Of a stretch of DNA of 64,000 nt, positions 33,484 to 45,078 are shown one piece after another. Location of the stretch: the NCBI GenBank assembly GCA_029268695.1, contig JAQWNJ010000014.1, positions 751 to 64,750 of the forward strand. The letters are read 5' to 3'. This stretch comes from Bacteroidia bacterium. Its GTDB lineage: Bacteria > Bacteroidota > Bacteroidia > NS11-12g > UBA9320. How positions within the stretch are numbered: position 1 is the first letter of the stretch; the number at the start of each line of letters is the position of its first letter. The position numbers and the translations under genes are program-made. The notes under the pieces were generated by a model. That model made no database searches, was not told the origin of the DNA, and worked only from the letters and a program-made list of their open reading frames with translations.

Positions 33484-35634
33484 TTATCGCATTAGATAGA
33501 CTTCTCCCTTTGATACATATGGTGCCTCAGTGCCGTTTTCAGGTTTTTGATAACGAATTATAAAAAAATAATACCCCTCATGGACCAATTCTCCTTGAAA
33601 ATTACCGTCCCAGCTAAATTTGTCATCGGAGCTTTTAAAGACTAATTCACCCCAACGATTGTAAATCTGCATTGACTTCAATGTTACATTACCTGTAGGT
33701 TGAAAAATATCGTTTAAACCATCATCATTAGGTGAGAATGCGTTAGGAATAAATATCTCACATGCATACGGCAAAAAAGTCAAATTGATATCATCCGTAA
33801 AAATGCCGCATTGATTGGAAACTGTTACAGAATAATACCCACTTGATGTGATCTCTCTATCTCCTCCTACATGCCCATCATTCCAGGAATAAGTCGCATT
33901 CTGAGATGTTAATTTTATATTTTTTACACCATCACCACAAAGCAAAGAATCATTACCAAGATCAAAGTTTGGTGCTGACAGCATACTTATTGTTACCGAA
34001 TCCCTAAAACTACAACCATTTTCTGTTTTTTCTGCCCAAAAAACACCTGGACTTTTAATGATAATTGAAGAATCAATATCTCCAGTACTCCACAAAATGG
34101 ATGTATTTTTTTTATCTATTTTTTTAATAATGCTATCCCCCTCACAAATGGTAGTATCATTACCTAGCTCATAACTTGGCAATTCAATAACTGAAGTAGA
34201 TTGAGTAAATGTATCTTTACATCCATTCGCATCTACTGCATATGATATTTGATGGTCTCCGACTATATCCGGGCTAAATACCCCATTGTTTATTATCAAT
34301 GTACTAATCCAATTTCCGCCAGATATTTTAGGATTTAGAATAACATCATTGTCTCCTATACAATAAAAGGGATCAAGGCCATCAAAAGAATTATCCGGTT
34401 GAGCAACTACGTTTACACTATCTTTATACATATCATAACAACCGTTAACGTCTGTCACCTCTAAAGTTATCTCATAATTGCCTGTAAATGCATAAGTATG
34501 AGATGTTATTGCCTTGGTAGACGTGTTTCCATCACCAAATCCCCATTGATGTGTAGCAGACGCATCTTGGGTATTGTGTTCAAAATTAAAAAGATTGTTA
34601 TTAATACACATTACTGAATCTAAAACTAAACGTGAGGAATCAATTGGTCTTTTTCTGACCTCAACTGTTAAATCAAATGAATCTGTACACAATTCATCTC
34701 GTGGAGTGAATGAATTAGATATAATTAATTTTACGTTATAAATCCCTGGTTTTTGATAAGAAACATCCCCATTTATGATTTGATTATCAGCAGTCCCGTC
34801 TCCATATAGCCATTTAAAAACAGTGTTTGAATAAGGTGTGCTAAGGTATCTGAATGTTGAATTATCCTTGAAATAAAAGTGATTTAAATTTCCCCCAGGT
34901 TGGTAGTAACATTGTACTAGGTTATTATCAGGGTATGCAGGATCAATACCAAAATTGACAATTGGCTCAGGTGCAATCGTGTCATATTTTATAGCTTCTG
35001 CAATGCAGCCAGGACTCGTGACTTTCAGTTTTACTGGGAATATTCCATAGGTTGAATACGATTTGGATGGAGTTATCTGATTAGAATTAGTGAAATCCCC
35101 AAAATCCCATCGATATATTAATGACTGGGGCTTAGACTGAGTCACGCTTGGGGTGAAATCGGTATTATTACCAGTTTCACATTGATAATTGTCACTCATT
35201 GTGAAATCCACTGAAAGTGTTTCTGTCTTAACATTATCTTCTGGGTAATTGGTGTTTAAATAATCAAATACTAATCCTGATCCATTATACTCAAAAATAG
35301 AGAAGAAATATGTCTCATTGGGCTCTAGTTTTTTGACGTTAACTGATGAGCCAATGCCATTGTATACAATAAACTCGTTACCACTAATTGAACTCCCATT
35401 ACCAAAGCTATCTGCAGCTAAATAATAGGTGTTTTTAACAGGATAAGACGAAATAGCAACATTTTTAGAAGCCACAACTATTCGTGAGGAACCATTTCCA
35501 TTGGTCCATGAAATTGTAGTTCCACTGCATGAGGTCTGATTAATGATAATATTAGAAGCAGCAATCGAAGGTCCCTGTGCTAAAGAAACCAACACCGAAA
35601 AAATAGCTATTACAATACCACAGAATCTCAACAT
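33484..35634 (-). CDS. PKD-domain protein with gliding motility-associated (T9SS type B) C-terminal domain (probable start 35634)
   Basis: WDFGD/WLYGDG/WGFGDG PKD motifs; IFIPNAFSPNDDGLND...IYNRWGELVF...WDG CTD; TAAATTTG promoter 8 nt before ATG 35634. Confidence 0.9.
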   Translation of the reverse strand: MLRFCGIVIAIFSVLVSLAQGPSIAASNIIINQTSCSGTTISWTNGNGSSRIVVASKNVAISSYPVKNTYYLAADSFGNGSSISGNEFIVYNGIGSSVNVKKLEPNETYFFSIFEYNGSGLVFDYLNTNYPEDNVKTETLSVDFTMSDNYQCETGNNTDFTPSVTQSKPQSLIYRWDFGDFTNSNQITPSKSYSTYGIFPVKLKVTSPGCIAEAIKYDTIAPEPIVNFGIDPAYPDNNLVQCYYQPGGNLNHFYFKDNSTFRYLSTPYSNTVFKWLYGDGTADNQIINGDVSYQKPGIYNVKLIISNSFTPRDELCTDSFDLTVEVRKRPIDSSRLVLDSVMCINNNLFNFEHNTQDASATHQWGFGDGNTSTKAITSHTYAFTGNYEITLEVTDVNGCYDMYKDSVNVVAQPDNSFDGLDPFYCIGDNDVILNPKISGGNWISTLIINNGVFSPDIVGDHQISYAVDANGCKDTFTQSTSVIELPSYELGNDTTICEGDSIIKKIDKKNTSILWSTGDIDSSIIIKSPGVFWAEKTENGCSFRDSVTISMLSAPNFDLGNDSLLCGDGVKNIKLTSQNATYSWNDGHVGGDREITSSGYYSVTVSNQCGIFTDDINLTFLPYACEIFIPNAFSPNDDGLNDIFQPTGNVTLKSMQIYNRWGELVFKSSDDKFSWDGNFQGELVHEGYYFFIIRYQKPENGTEAPYVSKGEVYLMR

Positions 35635-35692
35635 TAGTTGTACAAATTTAGTGATTAAAAGAAATTGTAATAAAATATATCTCCGATTGAAG

Positions 35693-36550
35693 TCATATTC
35701 TAGCAACTATTCCCAAAGGCAAAATTTGATTCGTTTTTGAATTTAAACACAGCTCTGATATCTCAAAATCTCTGTCTCTAAAATAATCATTCATTAAATT
35801 TTGAATAATATAGGGTGATAATCCAAGCGAGTAAACATTTAATACTAAAAAACCTTTGGAAGACAAAATTTGAGCAACCTGTTCAAGTAGTTTTCCTAGT
35901 TTTTGTTCGAGCTTCCAACGTTCTCCTTTAGCTCCAATCCCATATGCTGGAGGGTCTAAAATGATTCCTTGATACATTTTGCCACGCTTTACCTCTCGAC
36001 TAACAAACTTTAATGCATCTTCAACAACCCATCGAATTCCCTTTAGCTTGCTATGAGCTTGATTTTCGTTTGCCCAACTAACTACTTGCTTAATGGAATC
36101 CACATGAACAACATCCATATTTGCTGCTTTAGCAGCAAGTGAAGCTCCTCCTGTATATGCAAATAAATTAAGGACACTCCCTTTACCATTAAATGCTAAA
36201 GATTTTTTATAAATATAATCCCAGTTAGCAGCTTGTTCTGGAAATATCCCCACATGCTTAAACTGGGTGAAATTTAGCTTCATTTTAATTCGATGACCTG
36301 GCAGTCGATAATGAATATACCAAGGCCTAATCTTACTTACGTGTTCCCAAACTCCTTTATGACTCCCTTCTTGTGCAAAAGAAGCAGTTTGTAAATCGTT
36401 CCATTCATCAGCTGACATTCGCTGATCCCAAATAGCTTGAGGCTCAGGTCTTACAAGAATCTGACCAGCAAACTTCTCTAATTTCATCCCGTTACCTGAA
36501 TCTATTAATTCATACTCCGCCCAATTATCTGGGGTAATCGCCTTTATCAT
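35693..36550 (-). CDS. Class I SAM-dependent methyltransferase (RlmI/RlmK-like)
   Basis: YELIDSGNGMKLE, VLNLFAYTGGAS and ILDPPAYG motifs. Confidence 0.85.
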   Translation of the reverse strand: MIKAITPDNWAEYELIDSGNGMKLEKFAGQILVRPEPQAIWDQRMSADEWNDLQTASFAQEGSHKGVWEHVSKIRPWYIHYRLPGHRIKMKLNFTQFKHVGIFPEQAANWDYIYKKSLAFNGKGSVLNLFAYTGGASLAAKAANMDVVHVDSIKQVVSWANENQAHSKLKGIRWVVEDALKFVSREVKRGKMYQGIILDPPAYGIGAKGERWKLEQKLGKLLEQVAQILSSKGFLVLNVYSLGLSPYIIQNLMNDYFRDRDFEISELCLNSKTNQILPLGIVARI

Positions 36551-37245
36551 ACTACTTTTATCTCATCTGGTTTTAAGGGAGGTTGATTGACTATGTGCAA
36601 ATATATACTTGCTAAAGCTGCAACATCATTTTGGCAATAAGTTCTAATACGTTCCATATTTCTATCCTGATAATAAACATCGAATATTTTGCTTCCATCA
36701 ATATCATCTTTAGAAGATGGAATATCAAATACAGCAGCTAAAAGATCTAGTGAAGTATAGTTCTTAAAGTCTCCAAACTTCCATAGATTCATCGTATCCA
36801 AGTGCTTAACATCCCATGGTTTCTTACCCGCCAAATCCAACATGTCTGGCATTTTTATCCCGTTAATGAGAATCCTTCTACTCAAATATGGAAAATCAAA
36901 TTCTTTACCATTGTGAGCACACAAAAAATGTAATTTTGGATTATAACTTTTCTGAAGTAATTCACAAAATTCTTCTAATATGCTAAATTCATTTTCCCCA
37001 TAAAAACTCTTCACACGAAATTCACGACCATTTCCGTCATCATGAATAAACCCTACTGAAATGCAAATAATTTTTCCAAACTCTGCATAAATTCCTGCTC
37101 TTGAATAAATTTCTTCCGGAGTTTCCTCATTTTTAGCGATCTGATTGGCCTTTAGATCCCACAATTTTTTCCATCTACCATCTAGTGAGTGATAACTCTC
37201 ACATTGTGGTACCGTTTCTATGTCTAAAAATAAGATGTTTTTCAT
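36547..37245 (-). CDS. 3'-5' exonuclease (PolB exonuclease-like, DEDD)
   Basis: LFLDIET, AHNGKEFDFP and YCQNDV motifs. Confidence 0.88.
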   Translation of the reverse strand: MKNILFLDIETVPQCESYHSLDGRWKKLWDLKANQIAKNEETPEEIYSRAGIYAEFGKIICISVGFIHDDGNGREFRVKSFYGENEFSILEEFCELLQKSYNPKLHFLCAHNGKEFDFPYLSRRILINGIKMPDMLDLAGKKPWDVKHLDTMNLWKFGDFKNYTSLDLLAAVFDIPSSKDDIDGSKIFDVYYQDRNMERIRTYCQNDVAALASIYLHIVNQPPLKPDEIKVV

Positions 37246-37341
37246 ATGGGTCTAATTATTTACTGATGACAAAAATAGTTTTTGTTAAATGACTCCCATT
37301 AAATATGTCTTTCTAAGTTATATTATTTATAAATTTGTTGA

Positions 37342-38058
37342 ATGAATTCTCTATCCTATCCTGTTATTTTAATAGCACTAATCTTATCTTATAATTATTC
37401 GTATGGTCAATTCAATGAAAATTTCTCTGATAATGAATTACTGATAAACCCTAAGTGGGTTGGCGACATTAATAAATTTAATATCGTAGATGGCAAACTT
37501 CACTCCAATAGTAGCGTAACTTATGATGAATTCTATATCAGTACCAAAAGTAAGCGGGTTCTAGAGACTGAGTGGCAAATTTCTATGGATCTTGATTTCA
37601 AAACCTCCTCTGCGAATTACATTGATATTTTTCTGGCATCAGACAGTTCAAATCCATCGAAAGCTAGCCAAGCCTATTTTGTTCGAATAGGCGACACAAA
37701 AGACGACGTTTCTTTGTACCGTATTTTTGATGGATTAACAACTCAACTCACCAATGGCTCTGACAATAAAACAGAGAAGAAAAAAATAGATTTACACGTA
37801 ATTCATCAAGCCAACGGAAAATGGACCATTAAAGTTGACTATAATAATGGTTATATTTACAACCTTGCTGGCATTCAAGTGCATCACCCTTTCAATAATG
37901 TTTTACTAAGCAGTAATGGAAATTTGAAATGGGATGGTCTGGATTCGAATGGCATTAAGCTCTCAATTGGAAATTACATATTACTTATTGAGGCGTTTAA
38001 TAAAACTGGAAAAATCATCAAGAGAAAAATTGCATTTGGGATTACAGAGATATTTTAA
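37342..38058 (+). CDS. Secreted protein with FlgD/T9SS-like C-terminal domain, apparently internally deleted
   Basis: N-terminal QFNENFSD...PKWVGD...SSANY...YFVRIG domain joined directly to an IYNLAG...WDGLDSNG...GNYILLIEAF C-terminus. Confidence 0.6.
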   Translation: MNSLSYPVILIALILSYNYSYGQFNENFSDNELLINPKWVGDINKFNIVDGKLHSNSSVTYDEFYISTKSKRVLETEWQISMDLDFKTSSANYIDIFLASDSSNPSKASQAYFVRIGDTKDDVSLYRIFDGLTTQLTNGSDNKTEKKKIDLHVIHQANGKWTIKVDYNNGYIYNLAGIQVHHPFNNVLLSSNGNLKWDGLDSNGIKLSIGNYILLIEAFNKTGKIIKRKIAFGITEIF

Positions 38059-38065
38059 ACAAAAC

Positions 38066-38872
38066 ATGCTCACAACAGAATCAACATCAAACCATAATAA
38101 TTTAGAGGATAAATCAACTCTTGATTTATTAAAAGCAATGAATATAGAAGACCAATCGGTTCCTCACTCCGTAAACAATGAAATTCATGCCATACAAAAC
38201 TTAGTAGATGCTGCATATCAAACAATGAGTCAGGGAGGTCGATTATTTTATATAGGTAGTGGCACAAGTGGAAGATTGGGGATTGTAGATGCAAGTGAGT
38301 GTCCACCGACCTATGGTGTTGATCCCGGAGTTGTTAATGGTATCATTGCTGGAGGAGATCAAGCGATACGAAATGCCGTTGAAAATGCTGAAGATGACCC
38401 TTTGCAAGGCTGGTATGATTTAGAAAAACATAATGCCAATAAACTTGACTTTGTGATCGGAATTAGTGCAAGTGGAACTGCACCTTATGTTCAAGGAGCA
38501 TTGGAAAAGTGCAAAGAAAATAATATATCAACTGGTGCTATAGCATGCAATAAACCCAGTAAAATTGGCTCAATGGTTGACTACCCCATAGAAGTAGTTG
38601 TAGGGCCCGAGTTAGTAACTGGAAGTACTCGAATGAAAAGTGGTACTGCTCAAAAACTTATTCTCAATATGATTAGTACTAGTCTTATGATTAAACTTGG
38701 TCATGTTGAAGGAAATCAAATGATTGATATGCAACTGAGCAACAAGAAATTAGTTGCCAGAGGTACGCGAATGATAATGAAACAAACAGGACTAGACGAG
38801 TATACAGCCAACGACCTTCTCATGAAACATGGAAGTGTGAGGAAGGCCGTTGAACATGTTGCAAACTGGTAA
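38066..38872 (+). CDS. murQ: N-acetylmuramic acid 6-phosphate etherase (probable start 38066)
   Basis: GSGTSGRLGIVDASECPPTYG and GPELVTGSTRMKSGTAQKLILNMIST motifs. Confidence 0.95.
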   Translation: MLTTESTSNHNNLEDKSTLDLLKAMNIEDQSVPHSVNNEIHAIQNLVDAAYQTMSQGGRLFYIGSGTSGRLGIVDASECPPTYGVDPGVVNGIIAGGDQAIRNAVENAEDDPLQGWYDLEKHNANKLDFVIGISASGTAPYVQGALEKCKENNISTGAIACNKPSKIGSMVDYPIEVVVGPELVTGSTRMKSGTAQKLILNMISTSLMIKLGHVEGNQMIDMQLSNKKLVARGTRMIMKQTGLDEYTANDLLMKHGSVRKAVEHVANW

Positions 38873-38896
38873 TCCAAAAAACTCAGGATTGAAATA

Positions 38897-40567
38897 CTAT
38901 AATTTTAGTATTTCATCCTTAGGAAACTTCACTGAAAAACCATACTCCAATTTCCTTTTATCAAGACCTTTAAGATTAATATTCCACGACAAAACACCTG
39001 TTTCTTCATTCAATTTACCACTCCCATTTGTTGATGTTATTTCAATTTTCTCATTTTTACTCACTGGTATATGGTCCTCTATGGTGAGATTCACATCACC
39101 CTTATTTTTATTCTTAATCGTGATTACATAATTGGCCGAATACACCTTACTATTCTTGATCAATTTCTTTTTGGTTTGACTATCCGTCTTTTTTCGTTCG
39201 ACATAAACACTTCGATCTCTGCCCATAGAAACATCAAGTGTATCATCCAAGACTGATGGATTCACAACTGTTCTACCAATAAAGGTATTTCCATAATATA
39301 TATTGGCCTGACCTGTAAGTAAATCTAGTGATTCCCAATCTGTCAATCGAGCAACTACAAATGCATCTTTTTCAAGTTTTGGGACCAAATACAATTGAAA
39401 TTCAGTGCTCACTTTTTCACGTTTAAGATCCATGTAGTGAGGTTTCCCCCCTGAGGATACATTCATTGGTAAAGCAATATCAAACGCTATTGAACTAAAA
39501 TTCTGAACCTTATTGGTATATTCATAAAGCATTGATGCCTCTTCTTCTATCTCCATATCATCCTCCGGAATACTTTCCATACCAGCAGATTTTTCAGACA
39601 CCGTATTCCGCTCTAAATACAACCCTTTTTTTGCTTTATCCTTGCGAATAAAACGCTGAAAGTTCACAAACCAAATCGGTAGTTTTGGTTTTGTATTCCC
39701 TTGATTAGGATTGGCATTTGACACTTTGATTTTAACTTGATTCCAATCTATCCCTGTATTTTGATACACTTGAGCCTTATATACTAGTGTAATGTCTGAT
39801 TGATGATCTTTTGCAATTAAATCATAATGTGGATTCCATCCTGCATTCCCCGATAAATAATTTAACTTTATAGTCCCATTAGTTGAAGCAGGGCTCGATA
39901 CACTTATAATCACCTGATGACGATAAGTTGGTGTAGGTTTAATGTTCTGATTTTGAATTAACGCTTGTAATTTTTTTAATTCTTCTTTTAATGATTTATG
40001 ATGATCAACCATTTTCATAGATTGAAGCGATAAGAAATATCTTAAATGAGCGAGTTCTCTCAATTCTTCCCTCAAAAATGATACGGTTCCTTTCAAAAGT
40101 TCTAATGAATCAGAATTGGATGTCCCCTTAACCAAAGGATTACCCATTATTAAATTCTTTTCTTGATCGATTGCCTGCATCAATTCTGAATTTTTATTCA
40201 TCCTTAACCTGCTGTTTTTTATGGAATCATGTAATGCCTTTACTCGATCTAAAAGTTTGGGTGAAGGTGTATTCTTTTCATGAATTGGATTCTCCATAAA
40301 ATAACGATACTGTGTATTTAGAATTGTAAATTTACCCCCTCCTGAAGCTTGAATACTTGCTTTATTGATGTAAGGTGATACATCATTAAAAATAAAGTGG
40401 GATGTCCCCTTTGGTATGTGCACATAAGCTTCCTGAAACAATTGGGCATTTTGCATAAAAACAGTCACATTTTTTAACTTATCCTTGACTATAAATTCAC
40501 GTTCATTGGCTTTCAAAAAAGGCAATCCTAAAACACTCAAAGCTAATACTAAAATTATTTTTTTCAT
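38897..40567 (-). CDS. DUF4139/DUF4140 (mucoidy inhibitor MuiA-family) secreted protein
   Basis: VTVFMQNAQL, AGWNPHYDL, AQVYQNTGIDW, VPKLEKDAF and IEDHIPVS motifs; signal peptide from MKKIILV. Confidence 0.85.
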   Translation of the reverse strand: MKKIILVLALSVLGLPFLKANEREFIVKDKLKNVTVFMQNAQLFQEAYVHIPKGTSHFIFNDVSPYINKASIQASGGGKFTILNTQYRYFMENPIHEKNTPSPKLLDRVKALHDSIKNSRLRMNKNSELMQAIDQEKNLIMGNPLVKGTSNSDSLELLKGTVSFLREELRELAHLRYFLSLQSMKMVDHHKSLKEELKKLQALIQNQNIKPTPTYRHQVIISVSSPASTNGTIKLNYLSGNAGWNPHYDLIAKDHQSDITLVYKAQVYQNTGIDWNQVKIKVSNANPNQGNTKPKLPIWFVNFQRFIRKDKAKKGLYLERNTVSEKSAGMESIPEDDMEIEEEASMLYEYTNKVQNFSSIAFDIALPMNVSSGGKPHYMDLKREKVSTEFQLYLVPKLEKDAFVVARLTDWESLDLLTGQANIYYGNTFIGRTVVNPSVLDDTLDVSMGRDRSVYVERKKTDSQTKKKLIKNSKVYSANYVITIKNKNKGDVNLTIEDHIPVSKNEKIEITSTNGSGKLNEETGVLSWNINLKGLDKRKLEYGFSVKFPKDEILKL

Positions 40568-40642
40568 ACTGCTTAATCCCATAATTAATAAATAGGTAAA
40601 TGATAAACTACAAACACATCATGACTTCATTATTTTTGCAGC

Positions 40643-40975
40643 GTGGAAGATTTGATAACCATACACGTGACCGACCTTTCAGGAAAACAACATCAGATTG
40701 CTGCCCCTACAGATATGAATCTAAATGTAATGGAGGCTATTCGTGCTAATGAGATTCCCATAAAAGCCACTTGCGGAGGTATGGCTATGTGTGCAACATG
40801 TAATTGCTTAGTAAAGAGCAATCACCCACTTCCAGAAATGAGTGAGGATGAGGAGGCCATGCTTGATGAGGCATTTGTTCTTGATATTGAAGGGAGTAGG
40901 TTAATGTGCCAAATCCCCGTATCTGATAAAATTGATGGCTTACAAATTCAGTTGGGAGAACTGACCGCAGAATAA
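40643..40975 (+). CDS. 2Fe-2S ferredoxin (adrenodoxin/ISC type)
   Basis: CGGMAMCATC...SRLMCQI; GTG start 4 nt after TATTTTTG. Confidence 0.92.
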   Translation: MEDLITIHVTDLSGKQHQIAAPTDMNLNVMEAIRANEIPIKATCGGMAMCATCNCLVKSNHPLPEMSEDEEAMLDEAFVLDIEGSRLMCQIPVSDKIDGLQIQLGELTAE

Positions 40976-41112
40976 TAATATTTGACTTAAGAAGACTCAA
41001 TTAATCTCATTTAAAAATTAGTCCCCATTAAAAAACTAACTTATCCAAAAGATGGTATGAAATCTTTAGACACAAATTGACTTGAATTATTTGAATTTAT
41101 AGAGCAAAAAGT

Positions 41113-41120
41113 TACATTTG
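41113..41120 (+). promoter_or_regulatory. -7 promoter element of the rplM operon
   Basis: TACATTTG followed by CA, 32 nt before the GTG start. Confidence 0.7.
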
Positions 41121-41152
41121 CAGCCCTATTTTAAGAATAAAATAATTTTATT

Positions 41153-41596
41153 GTGGATACATTATCATACAAAACCATATCAGCTAACAGCAAAACTGTT
41201 GATAAACAGTGGGTTGTCGTTGATGCAGAAGGAAAAACGCTAGGTCGTTTTTGTTCTGAAGTTGCTAAAATATTAAGAGGCAAAAACAAGACAAATTACA
41301 CCCCACATGTTGACTGTGGTGATCATGTTATTGTTATCAATGCTGAAAAAATCATTTTTACGGGCAACAAAATGGAAACTAAAGAATATGAAACATTCAG
41401 TGGTTACCCAGGTGGTAGAAGAGTAACATTAGCAAAAGATTTATTAGCAAAAAAACCAATCAGTCTCATAGAACGAGGAGTGAAAGGGATGTTGCCTAAA
41501 AATAGGTTAGGTAGAAAATTATTTACCAATATGCATGTATTTTCAGGGACTGAACATCCTCATGCTGCACAAAAACCAACCAAAGTAGAGATTTAA
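41153..41596 (+). CDS. rplM: 50S ribosomal protein L13
   Basis: WVVVDAEG..LGR, YTPHVDCGD and GMLPKNRLGR motifs. Confidence 0.98.
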   Translation: MDTLSYKTISANSKTVDKQWVVVDAEGKTLGRFCSEVAKILRGKNKTNYTPHVDCGDHVIVINAEKIIFTGNKMETKEYETFSGYPGGRRVTLAKDLLAKKPISLIERGVKGMLPKNRLGRKLFTNMHVFSGTEHPHAAQKPTKVEI

Positions 41597-41603
41597 TTAT
41601 TAT

Positions 41604-41990
41604 ATGGACGTTATAAATACAATTGGGAGAAGAAAATCATCAGTAGCTCGTGTATACATGAGTGAAGGTAAAGGTGCTATAACGGTTAATGAACGACCGT
41701 TAGAAGAGTACTTTGCTTCTCAAGAATCCGTATATTATGTAAACCTTCCGCTCACCACTTGTGATGCTGCTGGCAAATATGATATACAAGTTAATGTAGA
41801 TGGTGGTGGAACCACTGGACAAGCAGATGCTATAAAACTTGCCATTGCAAGAGCATTAGTAGAAGCAGATCCAGAGCACAAACCAGCCCTTAGAGCAAAA
41901 GGGTTAATGACACGCGACTCACGTTCTGTTGAGCGTAAAAAAGCTGGTCAACCAAAAGCAAGAAAGAAAACACAATTTAGTAAGCGTTAA
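41604..41990 (+). CDS. rpsI: 30S ribosomal protein S9
   Basis: [18 protein letters not shown] and QFSKR motifs. Confidence 0.98.
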   Translation: MDVINTIGRRKSSVARVYMSEGKGAITVNERPLEEYFASQESVYYVNLPLTTCDAAGKYDIQVNVDGGGTTGQADAIKLAIARALVEADPEHKPALRAKGLMTRDSRSVERKKAGQPKARKKTQFSKR

Positions 41991-41994
41991 TAGA

Positions 41995-42753
41995 ATGGCA
42001 GTTAGTACAGAAAAATTATTAGAAGCAGGTGTACATTTCGGACACCTCACAAGTAAGTGGAATCCTAAAATGGCCCCATACATTTTCATGGAGCAAAACG
42101 GAATTCATATTATAGATCTTAACAAAACTTCATCTAAACTTGATGAAGCTAAGCATGCTATTCAAAATATAGCTCGAACTGGCCGTAAAGTGATGTTTGT
42201 TGCAACCAAAAAACAAGCCAAAGAAATTTTAGAGGAAAATGCACGTAGAGTAAATATGCCTTTTGTTTCTCAAAGATGGTTAGGAGGGATGCTCACAAAC
42301 TTCGCAACTGTTCGAAAATCCATTAAAAAAATGCAAGCCATTGAAAAAATGAAAACCGATGGAACATTTGATAACATGAACAAAAAAGAGCGTTTAATGA
42401 AAACACGTGAGCAAGAAAAATTAGCTCGTGTACTTGGAGGTATCGAAAATTTAAATCGTATCCCATCAGCTCTTTTTGTTATTGACATCAAGCGTGAGCA
42501 TATTGCAATCAAAGAAGCTCAGAAATTGAATATTCCAATCTTTGCGATTGTTGATACCAACTCTGATCCAACTAAGGTTGATTTCCCTATTCCAGGTAAT
42601 GATGATTCGGCAAAATCACTACACATTCTTTGTAATGAAGTAACGGATGCTATTGCTGCTGGTCTTCAGGAAAGAGCTCAAGCCAAAGAACAAGCTAAAA
42701 AGGATGAAGCAGTTGCTGAAAAAGCAACAGAAGAAACTCCTGAAAAAGCATAG
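41995..42753 (+). CDS. rpsB: 30S ribosomal protein S2 (ATG at 41995)
   Basis: [10 protein letters not shown]...[19 protein letters not shown] and PGNDD motifs. Confidence 0.98.
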   Translation: MAVSTEKLLEAGVHFGHLTSKWNPKMAPYIFMEQNGIHIIDLNKTSSKLDEAKHAIQNIARTGRKVMFVATKKQAKEILEENARRVNMPFVSQRWLGGMLTNFATVRKSIKKMQAIEKMKTDGTFDNMNKKERLMKTREQEKLARVLGGIENLNRIPSALFVIDIKREHIAIKEAQKLNIPIFAIVDTNSDPTKVDFPIPGNDDSAKSLHILCNEVTDAIAAGLQERAQAKEQAKKDEAVAEKATEETPEKA

Positions 42754-42793
42754 AATTATTTTTTAATTTAAACCCATTTTTATTTTATAGATA

Positions 42794-43627
42794 ATGACAA
42801 CCATTACAGCGTCTGCGGTAAATAAACTCAGACAAATGACCGGTGCCGGTATGATGGATTGCAAAAAAGCTTTGCAAGAATCAAACGGAGATATGGATGG
42901 AGCCGTTGACATCCTAAGAAAAAAAGGAGCAGCTAAAGCTGCAAAAAGAGCGGACAGAGAAGCTGCAGAAGGTCTTTCGATTGCTAAATCCTCTGATGAC
43001 AATACCTACGGAATTGTTGTTGAAGTAAATTGTGAAACTGACTTCGTTGCTAAAAATGACGACTTCGTTGCATTTGCTAACCAAGTTGCAGACTTTGCGT
43101 TGACTAACCAATTTTCTGATAAGGACGCTCTTTTAGGTGCTGCCTTTGAAGGGAAAACCCTTGGTGAAATATGCGTTGATAAAACTGCTGTCATTGGCGA
43201 AAAAGTAGAAGTGTCAAACTATGCTCTATTATCCTCAGAAGGTGTAGTTGCATACAACCACGGTGCAAATCGCATTGGTGTACTTGTAGCTCTAAACTCT
43301 GCTTCCGATGATGCATTACAAGCAGGTAGAGACCTTGCTATGCAAATTGCAGCAATGAATCCAATTGCTGTTGATGAGAACGCTGTTTCTCAAGAAGTTA
43401 AAGACAAAGAGCTAGAAATTGGTAGAGACATTGCCAAGCAAGAAGGTAAACCTGAAGAAATGTTAGATCGAATTGCTCAAGGTAAATTAAAACGTTTTTT
43501 CAAAGACAACACGTTGATGAATCAATCTTATGTCAAAGATGGTTCGATGACTGTGTCTGCCTTCCTTAAGTCTGTGAGTCCAGATTTAGAAGTAAAGTCA
43601 TTTGAGCGTTTTCAATTAGGAGCGTAA
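42794..43627 (+). CDS. tsf: Translation elongation factor Ts
   Basis: LRQMTGAGMMDCKKAL and EVNCETDFVA motifs. Confidence 0.98.
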   Translation: MTTITASAVNKLRQMTGAGMMDCKKALQESNGDMDGAVDILRKKGAAKAAKRADREAAEGLSIAKSSDDNTYGIVVEVNCETDFVAKNDDFVAFANQVADFALTNQFSDKDALLGAAFEGKTLGEICVDKTAVIGEKVEVSNYALLSSEGVVAYNHGANRIGVLVALNSASDDALQAGRDLAMQIAAMNPIAVDENAVSQEVKDKELEIGRDIAKQEGKPEEMLDRIAQGKLKRFFKDNTLMNQSYVKDGSMTVSAFLKSVSPDLEVKSFERFQLGA

Positions 43628-43647
43628 CTCAACCAAGACAACATACT

Positions 43648-43685
43648 AAAAGCCCTCCATTTTTGATGGAGGGCTTTTTTTATTT
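43648..43685 (+). terminator. Rho-independent terminator after tsf
   Basis: aaaagccctccat-ttttg-atggagggctttt perfect stem followed by a T-run. Confidence 0.92.
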
Positions 43686-43706
43686 CCAATTTGTCATTAA
43701 TACGCT

Positions 43707-44438
<732 letters not shown>

Positions 44439-44520
44439 TTGAAAACGCTTTAATTTTTTAAATTTATATTGATTAAATTTGACTTAAGTATTTCAAAATA
44501 CAAAGGAAGTATTTTGAGAT

Positions 44521-45057
44521 TTAAAACTTATTTTTCCACATCATGCTTTCTACTGGCTTGATGGTACGTTTGTTGTATTTCGCATTTTTCTTTTTGTTGT
44601 AGTAGGTTTCGATTTCACCTTCCACCACAAAATAAATCAACTGCCCGATAGGCATGCTTCGATACACCCTTACAGGTTGAGTAACACTGATCTCCAACGT
44701 CCATGTATTACAAAAACCTACATCTCCCTTGCCTGCAGTAGCATGAATATCAATTCCTAATCGACCTGTACTGCTCTTGCCCTCCAAAAATGGTATGTGA
44801 GCATGGGTCTCTGTATATTCCTCAGTCACTCCCAAATACAATACCCCGGGCTGAAGTACATATCCATCAAGGGGTATTTCAAAATGCTCAATTTTGTTAT
44901 GGTCTCTAGCATCCAAAACCCGATTGGAATAGCAAGCCAAATGCTTGCCTAAGTGAACATCATAGCTATTGGTTCCTAAATCGTCACGATTGAATGGCTC
45001 AATCAATATGGTTCCTTTTTCGATTTCTTCTAAAATTCGTACGTCACTTAGTATCAT
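44521..45057 (-). CDS. dcd: dCTP deaminase
   Basis: MILSD, NSYDVHLG, LEGKSSTGRLG and GDVGF...TLE motifs. Confidence 0.92.
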   Translation of the reverse strand: MILSDVRILEEIEKGTILIEPFNRDDLGTNSYDVHLGKHLACYSNRVLDARDHNKIEHFEIPLDGYVLQPGVLYLGVTEEYTETHAHIPFLEGKSSTGRLGIDIHATAGKGDVGFCNTWTLEISVTQPVRVYRSMPIGQLIYFVVEGEIETYYNKKKNAKYNKRTIKPVESMMWKNKF

Positions 45058-45078
45058 GGTGTTTTGATTGGGTCAATT

